Shown: positions 44,199 to 53,992 of the stretch, piece after piece | How the letters are laid out: each line of letters starts with the position of its first letter | Numbering within the stretch: position 1 is the stretch's first letter | DNA from: Myxococcota bacterium | Lineage (GTDB): Bacteria; Myxococcota; Kuafuiibacteriia; Kuafuiibacteriales; Kuafuiibacteriaceae | Reading direction: 5' to 3' | Length of the DNA: 64,000 nucleotides | NCBI GenBank assembly: GCA_039024635.1 | Contig: JBCCQA010000001.1 | Coordinates: 71,932 to 135,931 of the forward strand | Made by a program: the position numbers and the translations under genes | The notes under the pieces: model-generated | What the model was told of the DNA's origin: nothing | Databases searched by the model: none | The model's input: the letters and a program-made list of their open reading frames with translations, nothing else

Positions 44199-46858
44199 GA
44201 CGAGGCCTCTTGTTCTGGGGCCTGAGCTCCATCGTCCTCGCGAGCTGTGGGGAAGACGTCGACGATGAGGCGGCGGACCTCGAACGACCTTCGGGTCTGG
44301 TTGCTGTCCCGCGCAGCGACACCCGGACCGATCTGATCATCGCCGACTCCGAAGCCGACGGTCTTCGGGTGCTCCAGCTGGACGGCGGTGATGACGTTTC
44401 TCTTCGAAGCAACTTCGTGGGCGGTCCCGCAGTTTTCAAGCCCGTGCTCGTTCCGGCGCCGGGCTTTCCGACCGAGGCGGCGGCTCATGCCGGCACGGTG
44501 GCGACGGCGACGAGTGCCACCCGTCGGGCTTTCGCTCTCGCGCCGGGCAGCGACACCCTTCACGTAACCTGGATCCCGACCCAACCCTTCGCCGTCAGCT
44601 CGACCCGTCTCGAAGGTCACCGCCGAATTGGGAGCCTGGCCATCAACTCGCCGAGCGTCGGGACTTCGACCCTGGCCAGTCTGAGCCTGCTCGATCTCGA
44701 CCCCGGCCTGCGCGATTTCTTGCCCGTCGACCTCGTCGTGACCGACGAGCTCGGCGTCGAGGATGAGGCGTGCGGTGACAACACCGGCGTCCTGACCCGA
44801 GCCCTGCTCTTGCTCCAGGCCCGAAGCGATGCCGCCGCGCCCGGCGCACTGCTCGCTCTGGACCTCTTGACGGCGGAGCCCGGCGAGCTCTGTGCATTCG
44901 ACGGCAGCAGCTTTCCTATGCTGGTGCGGGCCAACTCAGGGGTCGTGGGGGCACGGCTCTTACGGGTCCCGGCGCCCGCCAACGCCCGTGAACTCGTCCT
45001 GGTTCCGGACGGCCTCGTGGTGGTCACGGTCGATGCATCCGAGGGTGGGGCCGGCCTCGCCTTTGTACCCGGCCTGAACAACACGCTCTCCGTCCTCACC
45101 TCCTCGGTGGCGACCGGCGGGCCGGCCAGCGGCGCCTTCGCGCTTCCGGCCGGAAGCTCAGGTCCTGCCGGCTTTGCTTGGCTGCGCTCGGATGAGCCCA
45201 TCATGGAGACCTTCCTCTGTTCGGAACCTTCGACGCCGCTTTGTGTATCTTCGACACTCGCCGTCAGCGGTCCTTACGACGTCCCCGAAGAGGGGCTTGT
45301 CTCCGGCCCCGGCCGACTGGTCTTGCGAGAGTCTGCGGTCGTCGCGGCCGCTTTCGGGTTCAGCCCCTTCCGACTCAGCGACGCGGTGGGTGGCTTGGCC
45401 GACGTGACCGCGACCGCGCTAGAGGAGGGCGTCAACGTCGGTGTTGCGGCTCTCGTGCATCGAGACGGTGTGGTCAGCATTCTCTCCGGCCCGCCCAGCC
45501 AGCTGTCCTACGTGACCCAACGAGAGCGGGACTTCGTCGACGAGGGCGAGGTCACGACCCGAGCCCAACGCCGCTTCGCCGAGATTTCGCCCCGGAACGA
45601 GCTGGGGGCGCGGACGGGTCCGCCCGGCTGCGCCAATGTGTCCACCGACGAAGACGTCACGCGCGAGCTCGACGCGGACCGCTGGTTCGTCGGTCAGGCG
45701 CCCTTCGCCTGCATCGACGATCCCGACAACGCTGACGAGGACGCCGCGGACTTCCAGAGCATTCGCTCGCCCACCGACTGCCCCGACGTGGTCATCGAGC
45801 CTCGTCCGCTTGATGGTGTTTTTCGAGCCAGCTTCCAGGGTGCACTGTTCGAAGGGACAGCCAACGACATACTCGAGACTGCACTCTTTTCGTTCAGCGA
45901 GTCCGAGATCGAAGTGTTCTATGAGTCCGTGCTCCCACCCGTCGACTTCGTGGAGCGGGAGATTCGGGTTGGAGATGCGGTGCACTTTTTTGCCACCTGC
46001 GAGGCCATCGATGGTCCTGACATCGAGGTCGCCATCGCGTCGCCGACATCCGTGGCCGAGGGCGCGGGGGTGGTTCAGCTCGTCGAGCCTCAGCGGCTTC
46101 GATTCGACTTCGCCAATTTCTTCAGCCTGGAGCGGGAGACTTCGCCCCGCCAGATGGCCTTCGACCCAAGCGTGGACGGACCCTTCGCCTTCGCGCGTCT
46201 CTGCGAGTCGGTGCGGGTCGACCGTATCGAGGTCTTTCCGCGAAGTGCAGAGGCGGTGCTCAGCCGTGAGACCGACGGCGGCGACATCATCGAGGTCGTC
46301 GATCGTGTACCGGTGGAGGGCAATCGGGCTCGATTCACCCGAGGCATCCGCTTCGAATGGGAGGCTCAGGATGGCTTCGCCTGTCTTCACCAGCAGGGCA
46401 CGGACCGTCGGGATCCCGAGACGGGCCAGATTCCCGATGCTCCGAACCAGCGGCCCTTGGTCACCTGCGGAGGCCAAGAGTGCGTCCCCGCCCGGACCGA
46501 AGTCCCCTGCGCCAACTCGATCGACTGTGGGCCAGGCCGCAATTGTGTCGGAGGCTCTGCTCGGGACTGTGCGGGGGTGTGCGTCCGGGACTGCACCTCT
46601 TTCGGCGCCTGCTTCGTCGGGTTGATCCAGCGGAGCTGCCCGGAAATCGAGCTCCAGGTAAACGGAGACGACCCCGTCCTCGTGGATCTGAACCCCGCCA
46701 ACGCCACGGCCGGCGGCATCCGATTCCCGGGCGCGGTCCCCGAAGAAGCCGTCCACGTGCCCAATCGGGACTCGGTCTTCGTGAGTTTTCCCGGTTCTCG
46801 AACCCTCCGGGAGCTCCGTTTCACCGAGGAAGGCATCTCCGTGGGCCTGCTCCGCTGA
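44195..46858 (+). CDS. Large lipoprotein with C-terminal Cys-rich module
   Basis: Lipobox VLASC. 887 aa. About 14 Cys within ~90 aa near the C-terminus (CGGQECVPARTEVPCANSIDCGPGRNCVGGSARDCAGVCVRDCTSFGACF). ATGA coupling to the upstream lipoprotein. Confidence 0.55.
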   Translation: MRRGLLFWGLSSIVLASCGEDVDDEAADLERPSGLVAVPRSDTRTDLIIADSEADGLRVLQLDGGDDVSLRSNFVGGPAVFKPVLVPAPGFPTEAAAHAGTVATATSATRRAFALAPGSDTLHVTWIPTQPFAVSSTRLEGHRRIGSLAINSPSVGTSTLASLSLLDLDPGLRDFLPVDLVVTDELGVEDEACGDNTGVLTRALLLLQARSDAAAPGALLALDLLTAEPGELCAFDGSSFPMLVRANSGVVGARLLRVPAPANARELVLVPDGLVVVTVDASEGGAGLAFVPGLNNTLSVLTSSVATGGPASGAFALPAGSSGPAGFAWLRSDEPIMETFLCSEPSTPLCVSSTLAVSGPYDVPEEGLVSGPGRLVLRESAVVAAAFGFSPFRLSDAVGGLADVTATALEEGVNVGVAALVHRDGVVSILSGPPSQLSYVTQRERDFVDEGEVTTRAQRRFAEISPRNELGARTGPPGCANVSTDEDVTRELDADRWFVGQAPFACIDDPDNADEDAADFQSIRSPTDCPDVVIEPRPLDGVFRASFQGALFEGTANDILETALFSFSESEIEVFYESVLPPVDFVEREIRVGDAVHFFATCEAIDGPDIEVAIASPTSVAEGAGVVQLVEPQRLRFDFANFFSLERETSPRQMAFDPSVDGPFAFARLCESVRVDRIEVFPRSAEAVLSRETDGGDIIEVVDRVPVEGNRARFTRGIRFEWEAQDGFACLHQQGTDRRDPETGQIPDAPNQRPLVTCGGQECVPARTEVPCANSIDCGPGRNCVGGSARDCAGVCVRDCTSFGACFVGLIQRSCPEIELQVNGDDPVLVDLNPANATAGGIRFPGAVPEEAVHVPNRDSVFVSFPGSRTLRELRFTEEGISVGLLR

Positions 46859-46931
46859 TCCGCAGGGTCGGCTGCGATTCTTGCAGTCGAGCCGCTGCTC
46901 TCATATGAACTCAGCGGCGGACCGAGCGGGC

Positions 46932-48914
46932 ATGCTTCATCTCACGATCAACGAAAAGGGCGGCGGGTCTCGCCGAGAGAGCTTCGAGAAGGAGGAGGTC
47001 ACGATCGGTCGCGTGCAGGGCAACGACGTGATCTTGCCTAAAGGGAACATCAGCAAGCGTCACTCCCGTCTCGTCTTCAAAGACAACAAGGTGGTCATCG
47101 TCGACCTCAAGTCGACCAATGGGACCTATGTCAACGGCAAGAAGATCACCGCCCCTCAGGTCGTGAAGTCCTCGGACAAGATCTACATCGGCGATTTCAC
47201 CCTTCAGATCGACACCAACGGCGACTCGGGCTCGCCTGCCCATCGGGAGGAGGAGATCGACCTCTTCGGCGGGGATGCGCCGGACGGACCAGGCCCCGGC
47301 CTGCTCGACGACGACTTCGAGCAGGAGTTCGGGAGCGGCTTCGGGTCTCCGGAGATCGAGCCAGGGGGACTGCCCGAGGCCCAGCTCGAGCCCCCGCTGG
47401 CTGCGCCGGCGCCCGAACCCGACCCGGAACCGGAGCCCGTTTCTTTGGCGCCGCCTGAGCCTGAGCCCCTGCCGCTTCCTCTCACGCCCGAACCCGAGCC
47501 GGACCCGCCGACAAAAGCGGCTCCGGAGCCCGAGCCCCGGCCAACGGCGGCGGAGTCTCCGCCCCCAGCGGACGGTGGGCGACCTCGGCGTCCGCCCTCA
47601 GTGGTTCGGCCGGTGCCGCGGCCGACCGGGGCCCCGGCACCCAGCTCCACCTCTTCCGAATCCCTCCCCCTCATTACGGGCCCCGCTACCCCTGCGGCCG
47701 ATGGGCCTACGCATCGTGAGGCCCGGGCTTTCCTCCTTCATGAACTCGTTCAGACCCTCGGTCTGAGGAGTTCGACGGCGGCGGAACGGGTCGAACGGCG
47801 GGCGGAGATCCGACAGGTGGCGGAGCGTTGCGCGGCCTGGGAAGCGGCTTCCGGTCGCGTGCCTCCAGGCCACGTCGATGCCTTGGTATCGGAGCTCACC
47901 CGCATGGCCACCGACTTCGAGCCTTTGTCCGCCTTCCTGGATGACCCCGAGTGTGTGGAACTCGTCGTGGGCTCGGACCTCGAGATCCAAGTCGACAAGG
48001 TCGGTCGACTCGAGAAGTCCGGCGTCCGCATCCCTCACCCTGGACGACTGGACGAGCTCATCCGACAGCTCTCTGCGCTGGGGGGCATGGACGAAGAACC
48101 CGAGGACTTCGTCGACCTGCGCCTTGGGGATGGGACCCGGGTCGTCGCTGCGCTCCCGCCCACGGCCTTTCGGGGGCCGCTCCTCTCCATTCGCAAGACG
48201 CAGCGCGAAGCCTTCAGTCTTGCTCACCTCGAGGAGTACGGGGGCCTGTCGGCATCCATGCGGGCCTTCTTGGATCAGCTTCTCCAGTCGAGGACCAATG
48301 TCCTCGTCGTGGCTGGGCCTGGCGTGTCGCCCAACGCGACCCTGAACGCCCTCGCCCTCGGCCTTCCCCCCGAGGATCGTCTCGGCACCCTGGAGCATGG
48401 AATCGAGCTCCACCTCGGCAGCGACCGATGGGCGGTAGCGCTCGAGCCGGGACACTCCATGGCCGACCTGGCCGAGCGCGCTCGTGCCTTCCAGTGCGAG
48501 CGCTTGGTGGTCGGGGACGCGCTGGCCGAGGCCGACGAGGTCCTCGACGCCGTTCGAGGCTCGCTCACTGGCTCTCTTCTCGGCATTTCGGCTCGGGACG
48601 CTGCGGAGGCGCTGGAGCGCCTTCTGCAAGCATCGACCATGGATCGCGACACCTTGGTCGAGGTTTGCCCCATTGTCTTGGTGGAGCGGAGATTCGCCGA
48701 CAACACCCGACGCATTACGCAGATTGCCGTGGCCGAGGTCGACGACGACGAGTTCGAGATTGAGGAGCTCTTTTGTTTCCGTTTCGAAGGCGTGGGCGCC
48801 GATGGCGTGACCAAGGGACGGTTTGAGTCGGCAGGAGAGGTCCCCAAGTCACTGGCCCGACGGGTCGAACGAGGTGACCTGCAGCTCGACCTTCAGCTCC
48901 TGCGGGGCTCGTGA
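46932..48914 (+). CDS. FHA domain fused to catalytically degenerate CpaF/TadA (VirB11-family) ATPase domain
   Basis: N-terminal FHA (VTIGRVQGNDVILPKGNISKRHSRLVFKDNKVVIVDLKSTNGTYVNG). Pro/Glu-rich linker. CpaF-like core has Walker A replaced by 'VVAGPGVSPNATLNAL', Walker B by 'RLVVGDALAEAD' and the His-box by 'LLGISARDA'. Start could be 46881 or 46905. Confidence 0.7.
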   Translation: MLHLTINEKGGGSRRESFEKEEVTIGRVQGNDVILPKGNISKRHSRLVFKDNKVVIVDLKSTNGTYVNGKKITAPQVVKSSDKIYIGDFTLQIDTNGDSGSPAHREEEIDLFGGDAPDGPGPGLLDDDFEQEFGSGFGSPEIEPGGLPEAQLEPPLAAPAPEPDPEPEPVSLAPPEPEPLPLPLTPEPEPDPPTKAAPEPEPRPTAAESPPPADGGRPRRPPSVVRPVPRPTGAPAPSSTSSESLPLITGPATPAADGPTHREARAFLLHELVQTLGLRSSTAAERVERRAEIRQVAERCAAWEAASGRVPPGHVDALVSELTRMATDFEPLSAFLDDPECVELVVGSDLEIQVDKVGRLEKSGVRIPHPGRLDELIRQLSALGGMDEEPEDFVDLRLGDGTRVVAALPPTAFRGPLLSIRKTQREAFSLAHLEEYGGLSASMRAFLDQLLQSRTNVLVVAGPGVSPNATLNALALGLPPEDRLGTLEHGIELHLGSDRWAVALEPGHSMADLAERARAFQCERLVVGDALAEADEVLDAVRGSLTGSLLGISARDAAEALERLLQASTMDRDTLVEVCPIVLVERRFADNTRRITQIAVAEVDDDEFEIEELFCFRFEGVGADGVTKGRFESAGEVPKSLARRVERGDLQLDLQLLRGS

Positions 48915-50395
48915 CCGACTCCGGCTGTTTCCTGGTCGTCGAAGCCCCCGACGAGGCCGACGAAAAACGCGTCCCTCTCGGTGAGAGCTCCGTCGTAATC
49001 GGTCGGGACGAGGGCGCGGACGTACCCATCGAAGATCCGAAGCTCAGTCGTCGTCACGCCGCTTTCCGGATGATCGACGGCCACCCTTACGTCGAGGATC
49101 TGGGCAGCATCAATGGGGTCAAGGTGCGGGGGCGGCGCATCGAAGAGCGTCGACGCCTGCGAGACGGCGAGCGCGTCCGGCTCGGAAATACGCGGGTTCG
49201 GGTCCAAGCCACCGACCTTCCCCCGCCCACGACCTCCTTAGGACCCCGGCTCTTGGGCCCCGATCTCGAGCTCTCCCTCGGGCGAGCGATTCGCGTGGGT
49301 CGCACGTCGGACTGCCAGCTGCGATCGGAGGATCCGACGGTTTCCCGTTTCCACGCCATGATCGAGCCCACCCCCCCCACCGTTCGGGACATGGACTCGG
49401 CCCACGGCGTCTTCGTGAACGATCGCCGGGTACGACGGGCGCGACTGAAAGACGGCGACGAGCTGCGCTTCGGCAAGCTGGGCTTCGAAGTAGAAATCCC
49501 GATGGACGTGGAGGGCCCACGCGAACTGGAGCCCTGGCGTTCTCCTTGGCCGCGGCGTGTGGGAGGCCTCATTTTGGGTCTGTTGCTGTTGGGCGGCTTG
49601 GGTTTGGGGCTGAGTCGAGGCCGTAATGCCTCCCTGGCCGATGGGTCAGGGCCGACCCCTTCGGCCGAGGTCGAAGCACCGTCCGCGGCGCCCGAAGAGC
49701 AGGCTTCCGAGCCTGTGCTCGCCATCCGCGAAACGCTGGAGCCCAGTTCACCGAAGGCGCCTGTCGCAGTTCCCCCGGTGCGTCGGCGAGTGCGAGCAGT
49801 AGCGCCAAAGCAAGAGAGCTTCTCCGCGCCGCCTTCGTGGAGGGCCGGCTTGAGGGCCTACTTCGCCGGCGAACCCAAGCTGGCCCGTGCCCGGGCTCGC
49901 GCCCCCGAGCTTGTCGCCTGGCTCGACGAAGCCGAAACGCGACACGCACGGGCCCTCACCGAGGTCAGCAACGACGTTGAGCGGGCGAAGCTGTTGCTGG
50001 GCGCCTTGGCTCGCACCGAAGCTCGGGTCTCGACGCAGGTCTCGCCCATGCGGCGTGATCTGAGGGTGCTCTTGGCCGCGGCTTTCGCTGAGGACGCGGA
50101 GCGTCTGCTCGAGCAGTCTCGGGAGGCGAGCGCCTACCAGCACCTCATGGAGGCCCGGGCCTTGGATGCCGAGCACCCTCGGGTTCGGGCGTTGGCCGCG
50201 CGCCTCGACAGCGCTGCCCGGACTCAGGCCAAAAAAGCCGAGTCTCTGTCCAGGGCTGGGGACCAGAGGGCTTGCGGGGCCTGGAGGAAAGTGGCCGCAA
50301 TGACCAGCCCGTCTAGTCGACTAGGGCGAGAGGCTCGTGGCGCCTTGGCTCGGGCCTGTGAAGAGCATGAAGTCAGCGGTCCGCCGAAGGGATGA
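48911..50395 (+). CDS. Membrane-anchored protein with two FHA domains and helical C-terminal domain
   Basis: FHA1 (SSVVIGRDEGADVPIED...RRHAAF...GSINGVKV). FHA2 (IRVGRTSDCQLRS...SRFHAMIE...AHGVFVN). TM 'VGGLILGLLLLGGLGLGL'. ATGA coupling with the upstream gene. Confidence 0.7.
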   Translation: MTDSGCFLVVEAPDEADEKRVPLGESSVVIGRDEGADVPIEDPKLSRRHAAFRMIDGHPYVEDLGSINGVKVRGRRIEERRRLRDGERVRLGNTRVRVQATDLPPPTTSLGPRLLGPDLELSLGRAIRVGRTSDCQLRSEDPTVSRFHAMIEPTPPTVRDMDSAHGVFVNDRRVRRARLKDGDELRFGKLGFEVEIPMDVEGPRELEPWRSPWPRRVGGLILGLLLLGGLGLGLSRGRNASLADGSGPTPSAEVEAPSAAPEEQASEPVLAIRETLEPSSPKAPVAVPPVRRRVRAVAPKQESFSAPPSWRAGLRAYFAGEPKLARARARAPELVAWLDEAETRHARALTEVSNDVERAKLLLGALARTEARVSTQVSPMRRDLRVLLAAAFAEDAERLLEQSREASAYQHLMEARALDAEHPRVRALAARLDSAARTQAKKAESLSRAGDQRACGAWRKVAAMTSPSSRLGREARGALARACEEHEVSGPPKG

Positions 50396-51020
50396 ATTCA
50401 CCCTTCCCGGACTCCACTTCTTCGAGCTTCGCCCGAAGGCGACCCATGAGGCCTTCCCATCCGCCGTTTCGTATCTGTTCTCGGAACTCGGACTTGTAGG
50501 TGCGGACGGTGCTCATGCCGTTCGTTTCGAGGTCCCACATCTTCCAAGCTTCCGGAGTGCGGACGAGGTGGAAGACCAGGCCGATACTTCGTCCTCTTGT
50601 ATGAACCAAGGCTTCGAGCTCCGCCTCGTCCTCCTCTACGCTTTCCTCCAACCACTCGATCCGCAGGTCGCCTTCCCTTTCCTCCTTCTTCTCCAGGGCC
50701 AGTCGCAGCTTGCTGCGGTAGGAGGCCTCGATTAGGCTGCGCAGGAGCTTGCCAAAGGCCTTCTTCTGAGGCTCGGACAGCTCCGACCACCGTCGACGCC
50801 CGAGAGAAGCAGAGACCATCCGGTCCCAGTCGATGGCTTGCTGAATGAGACCGTCGGCGTCGGCACGCCAGGCTTCACCAGCCTCGGTACCGGACTTGGC
50901 GGGACGGTTCGCGAGAGCTCGGGCCTCTTCGATGCGATCTTCGACCCAGTCCTTGGGAGCAGGAGCAGCAGCCAACAGCAGGCTCAAAGCGGCGACGCTC
51001 ACGGCCCCATCGTCGTTCAT
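50373..51020 (-). CDS. MlaC/Ttg2D-like periplasmic lipid-binding protein
   Basis: Signal peptide. 215 aa. Family resemblance (ASLGRRRWSELSEPQKKAFGKLLRSLIEASY...). Downstream of tolC on the same strand. Confidence 0.45.
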   Translation of the reverse strand: MNDDGAVSVAALSLLLAAAPAPKDWVEDRIEEARALANRPAKSGTEAGEAWRADADGLIQQAIDWDRMVSASLGRRRWSELSEPQKKAFGKLLRSLIEASYRSKLRLALEKKEEREGDLRIEWLEESVEEDEAELEALVHTRGRSIGLVFHLVRTPEAWKMWDLETNGMSTVRTYKSEFREQIRNGGWEGLMGRLRAKLEEVESGKGEFIPSADR

Positions 51021-51068
51021 CCCGGCGAGGAATCAAGGGAAGACCGGGATGTGCAGGCCCGCACGCCC

Positions 51069-52430
51069 TCAATCTCTTGCCCCGGCCTCTCGTGCCAGAC
51101 GCCCCGTCGCTCGAGCCAGGCTCGCCAGTTCGAGGATGGTGTCGTAGCGGACCGTCTGAATCTCGGCTTCTGACGCCGCCCAGGCCAAGAAGGCGTCGAT
51201 GAGCTCCGCCGCATCGCCCGTGCCGATGTCGTAGGCCAGAACGTTCGAGGTCAACCAACCCGACGCTGCGCGGTTGGCCCGCCCCAGCTGTTTGAGTCGC
51301 TCCAGGTTGCCCTCGAGACCGGCGTGAATGGCGCGAACCTCCAGCTCTGCCGCGCCCGTGGCCAGCTCCTCTTGGACCCGCCGAGTGCTGAGCTCCGCTT
51401 TGGCTTGCTCGAGTTCTGCCAGCTTCTGGACGACGTTCAGCTCCCACCGCAGGCCGACGCCGAGGCCGAAGTCCACGATGTTGTAGGGGTCGAAGATGAA
51501 GGGGTTGGTCTGGTCCGTAGCGTTGCTCTGGTAGGCGAAGTTGACGAGAGCGCCGAGCAGAAAGTCGGGCAGCAGACCCGCGGCGCGAAACTGCGCGAAG
51601 GCCTTCTGCGCGTCGACCACCGCACGTAGAGCGGCGAGGTCTGGTCGGCCAAGCCTTGCCTGCTCGATCACGAGCTCCAGGGGAGGGGCGGAGGCAGGGA
51701 TGGCTTCGTAGAGCGGTCGCCGGACGAAGCTCAGCTCTTCGGTTTGGGGAAGGCCGGTCAGAAGAAGGAGCGCCGCCGTGGCCTGCTTTCGGGCGGCTCG
51801 CGCCTCAGCCTCTCGAACGCTGAGGGTTCGAAGGACATACTCCAGTCGCAGTCGATCGTTCTCGGTCACTTGAGCCGACTCGTCGTCCAGCAGCTCCTCG
51901 ACCCGCTCCAGGATACCCTCCAAGGTGTTCTGACCGTCGGCAAGGGAACTCAAGAGCGACTCGACGAGCTGGATGGTCCAGAAGGCCCGCGCTACGTCGT
52001 ACACGACTTGGGCCCGCGTCACGTCACTCTGGTGCTCCGCCGCCTCGACGAGGCTCTCGGTCGCTCGTTTGGCCCGCCGAATTTTTCCGAAGGTCGAGAT
52101 GGGGACGAAGATCTGCGCCCCACCCCGGACGGCGAAGCCGAGTTCGCCGAAGTTCAAATCGCCCCCCAAAGACTGAGGGGTGATGGTCGAAATGTCGTTG
52201 CGAACCGCCGTCTTGGCCTCGGAAGTCGGTCCACCGATGAGCGTTTGCAGCTGGAAGGTCGGATAAGCCGCGGCGGCTGCTTGATCGAGCAAGGTCTCAG
52301 CTTCTGCGACCTGACTCACCGAGGCTTCGATATGGAGGTTCCGGTCCAGCGCCAGATCCACCAGCTGCGGCAGGTCGAGCTCGTCGGCACCCACGGCGAC
52401 AAAGCCCGCGAAGGCGACTACCAGACTCAC
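51069..52430 (-). CDS. TolC-family outer membrane efflux protein
   Basis: Tandem OEP repeats and a signal peptide (VSLVVAFAGFVAVGA). Start inferred at 52430, since the ORF track's 52484 sits only 14 nt from the divergent lnt. Confidence 0.7.
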   Translation of the reverse strand: MSLVVAFAGFVAVGADELDLPQLVDLALDRNLHIEASVSQVAEAETLLDQAAAAAYPTFQLQTLIGGPTSEAKTAVRNDISTITPQSLGGDLNFGELGFAVRGGAQIFVPISTFGKIRRAKRATESLVEAAEHQSDVTRAQVVYDVARAFWTIQLVESLLSSLADGQNTLEGILERVEELLDDESAQVTENDRLRLEYVLRTLSVREAEARAARKQATAALLLLTGLPQTEELSFVRRPLYEAIPASAPPLELVIEQARLGRPDLAALRAVVDAQKAFAQFRAAGLLPDFLLGALVNFAYQSNATDQTNPFIFDPYNIVDFGLGVGLRWELNVVQKLAELEQAKAELSTRRVQEELATGAAELEVRAIHAGLEGNLERLKQLGRANRAASGWLTSNVLAYDIGTGDAAELIDAFLAWAASEAEIQTVRYDTILELASLARATGRLAREAGARD

Positions 52431-52498
52431 GTTCGGCCGGCGGTAACAGACCCATCGTTGACAGGCAACTGGCGGCCCCGCCACATGACGGCGCTCCC

Positions 52499-53992
52499 AT
52501 GCTCGGTGCGATACTGGCCGCCATCGTCTCGGGGGTCCTCTACTTCTTGGGCTTCACGGGTTTCGGGTATTGGCCCCTGATCTTCGTCTTCCTGGTGCCA
52601 ATGTTCGTCGTGGTCGAAGAGCGGAGCGACCTCGCCGCTTTCGGTCTCGGCGAGATCGCGGGAACGGTCGCCATGTACGGCGGCTTCTATTGGGTCGCCC
52701 ATCTCCTTCAGCTCTTCGCCCACTTGAGCGCGCCCCTCGCCTTCCTGGGTCTTACGCTGCTGTGCATCTACAACGGAGGAACCTTGGGGCTGGAGGCCCT
52801 GATCTACGTCCGCATGCGCCGTCAGAATTGGCATCCGGCTTTGTGTGGGGCGGTCGCGATGACCGCGGTGGAGGCCAGCTACCCGCTTCTCTTTCCCAAC
52901 TACGCCGCCAACGCGCTCTATCGCACGCCGCTCTTGACCCAGCCCGTCGAGCTCTTTGGCATGGCCGCGCTCGGCGTCCTGGTGGGAGGCGTCAACGGGG
53001 CTCTCGCTGGAGCCTGGCGCAACCGAGGCGACCGGAGCATCGCCCTTCGCCATGGAGCCGCGGCGGCCTCGCTTCTCGCTGGCTTCGCGATCTACGGCGC
53101 CGTTCGTATCCCCATGCTCGAAGAGGCGATCGAGGACGCACCGACGATGAAGGTCGCCCTCATCCAGGCCAACCATGGGGCGGGCAGTGGCGTCAGCCGC
53201 AAGAAGCAGTCCGAAGACCACCGCCGGATGACCCGCCGCGCTCATCGCAGCCACCCCGACCTGGACTTGGTGGTCTGGCCCGAATCAGGCTACGGAGGCG
53301 CCATTCGACGTGAGCAAGAAGACTTGCTTTACGTCACCGGAGGGACCCCGGTCCCGGTCGCCCTCGGCGTGACGACGGTGGAGTATCCTGAGGGTGAGCG
53401 ACGCCTAAGCTACAATTCGGCGGTACTGACTTCGACCAGCGCTCAGCGGATCGGACTCTACGATAAGATTGAGCTTCTGATGTTCGGCGAAGGTCTACCC
53501 TTCGAAGAGACGGTTCCCGCCATACGTGAGTGGTTCCCACAGGCTGCCCGTTTCGAGCGCGGCCGGCGTTTTGAGCATCTGGTTCATCCCTCTGGCATCC
53601 GAATGATGCCTCTCATCTGCTACGAAGATCTCTTGCCGGCACTGGTCCGGAGGCTGTGGACGAAGGCGGGACCGGCCGACGTGCTTCTCAACTTGACGAA
53701 CGACAGCTGGTACGGTGATAGCCACGAGCCACGCACGCACTTGGCACTTGCGACCTTCCGCAGTATCGAGGCCCGCAGGTCCATGATCCGCTCGACCAAC
53801 ACCGGCGTCAGCGCGTTCATCGATCCGCTGGGTCGCATCGCCGACAGCACACCCCAGTACGAATCGGCGACTCTCGTGGGAGAGGTGGCCATCCTCAAAA
53901 GCGGTACTTCGCTTTTCATGCGCATCGGCAACGTGTTGGGCTACGCGGCAATCGCATGGGCTCTTTTCGCTGTCTTCTGGCGGCGGCGCTAG
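52499..53992 (+). CDS. lnt: Apolipoprotein N-acyltransferase Lnt
   Basis: N-terminal polytopic domain plus a CN-hydrolase domain (VVWPESG...LICYEDLLP...NLTNDSWYG). 497 aa. Confidence 0.85.
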   Translation: MLGAILAAIVSGVLYFLGFTGFGYWPLIFVFLVPMFVVVEERSDLAAFGLGEIAGTVAMYGGFYWVAHLLQLFAHLSAPLAFLGLTLLCIYNGGTLGLEALIYVRMRRQNWHPALCGAVAMTAVEASYPLLFPNYAANALYRTPLLTQPVELFGMAALGVLVGGVNGALAGAWRNRGDRSIALRHGAAAASLLAGFAIYGAVRIPMLEEAIEDAPTMKVALIQANHGAGSGVSRKKQSEDHRRMTRRAHRSHPDLDLVVWPESGYGGAIRREQEDLLYVTGGTPVPVALGVTTVEYPEGERRLSYNSAVLTSTSAQRIGLYDKIELLMFGEGLPFEETVPAIREWFPQAARFERGRRFEHLVHPSGIRMMPLICYEDLLPALVRRLWTKAGPADVLLNLTNDSWYGDSHEPRTHLALATFRSIEARRSMIRSTNTGVSAFIDPLGRIADSTPQYESATLVGEVAILKSGTSLFMRIGNVLGYAAIAWALFAVFWRRR

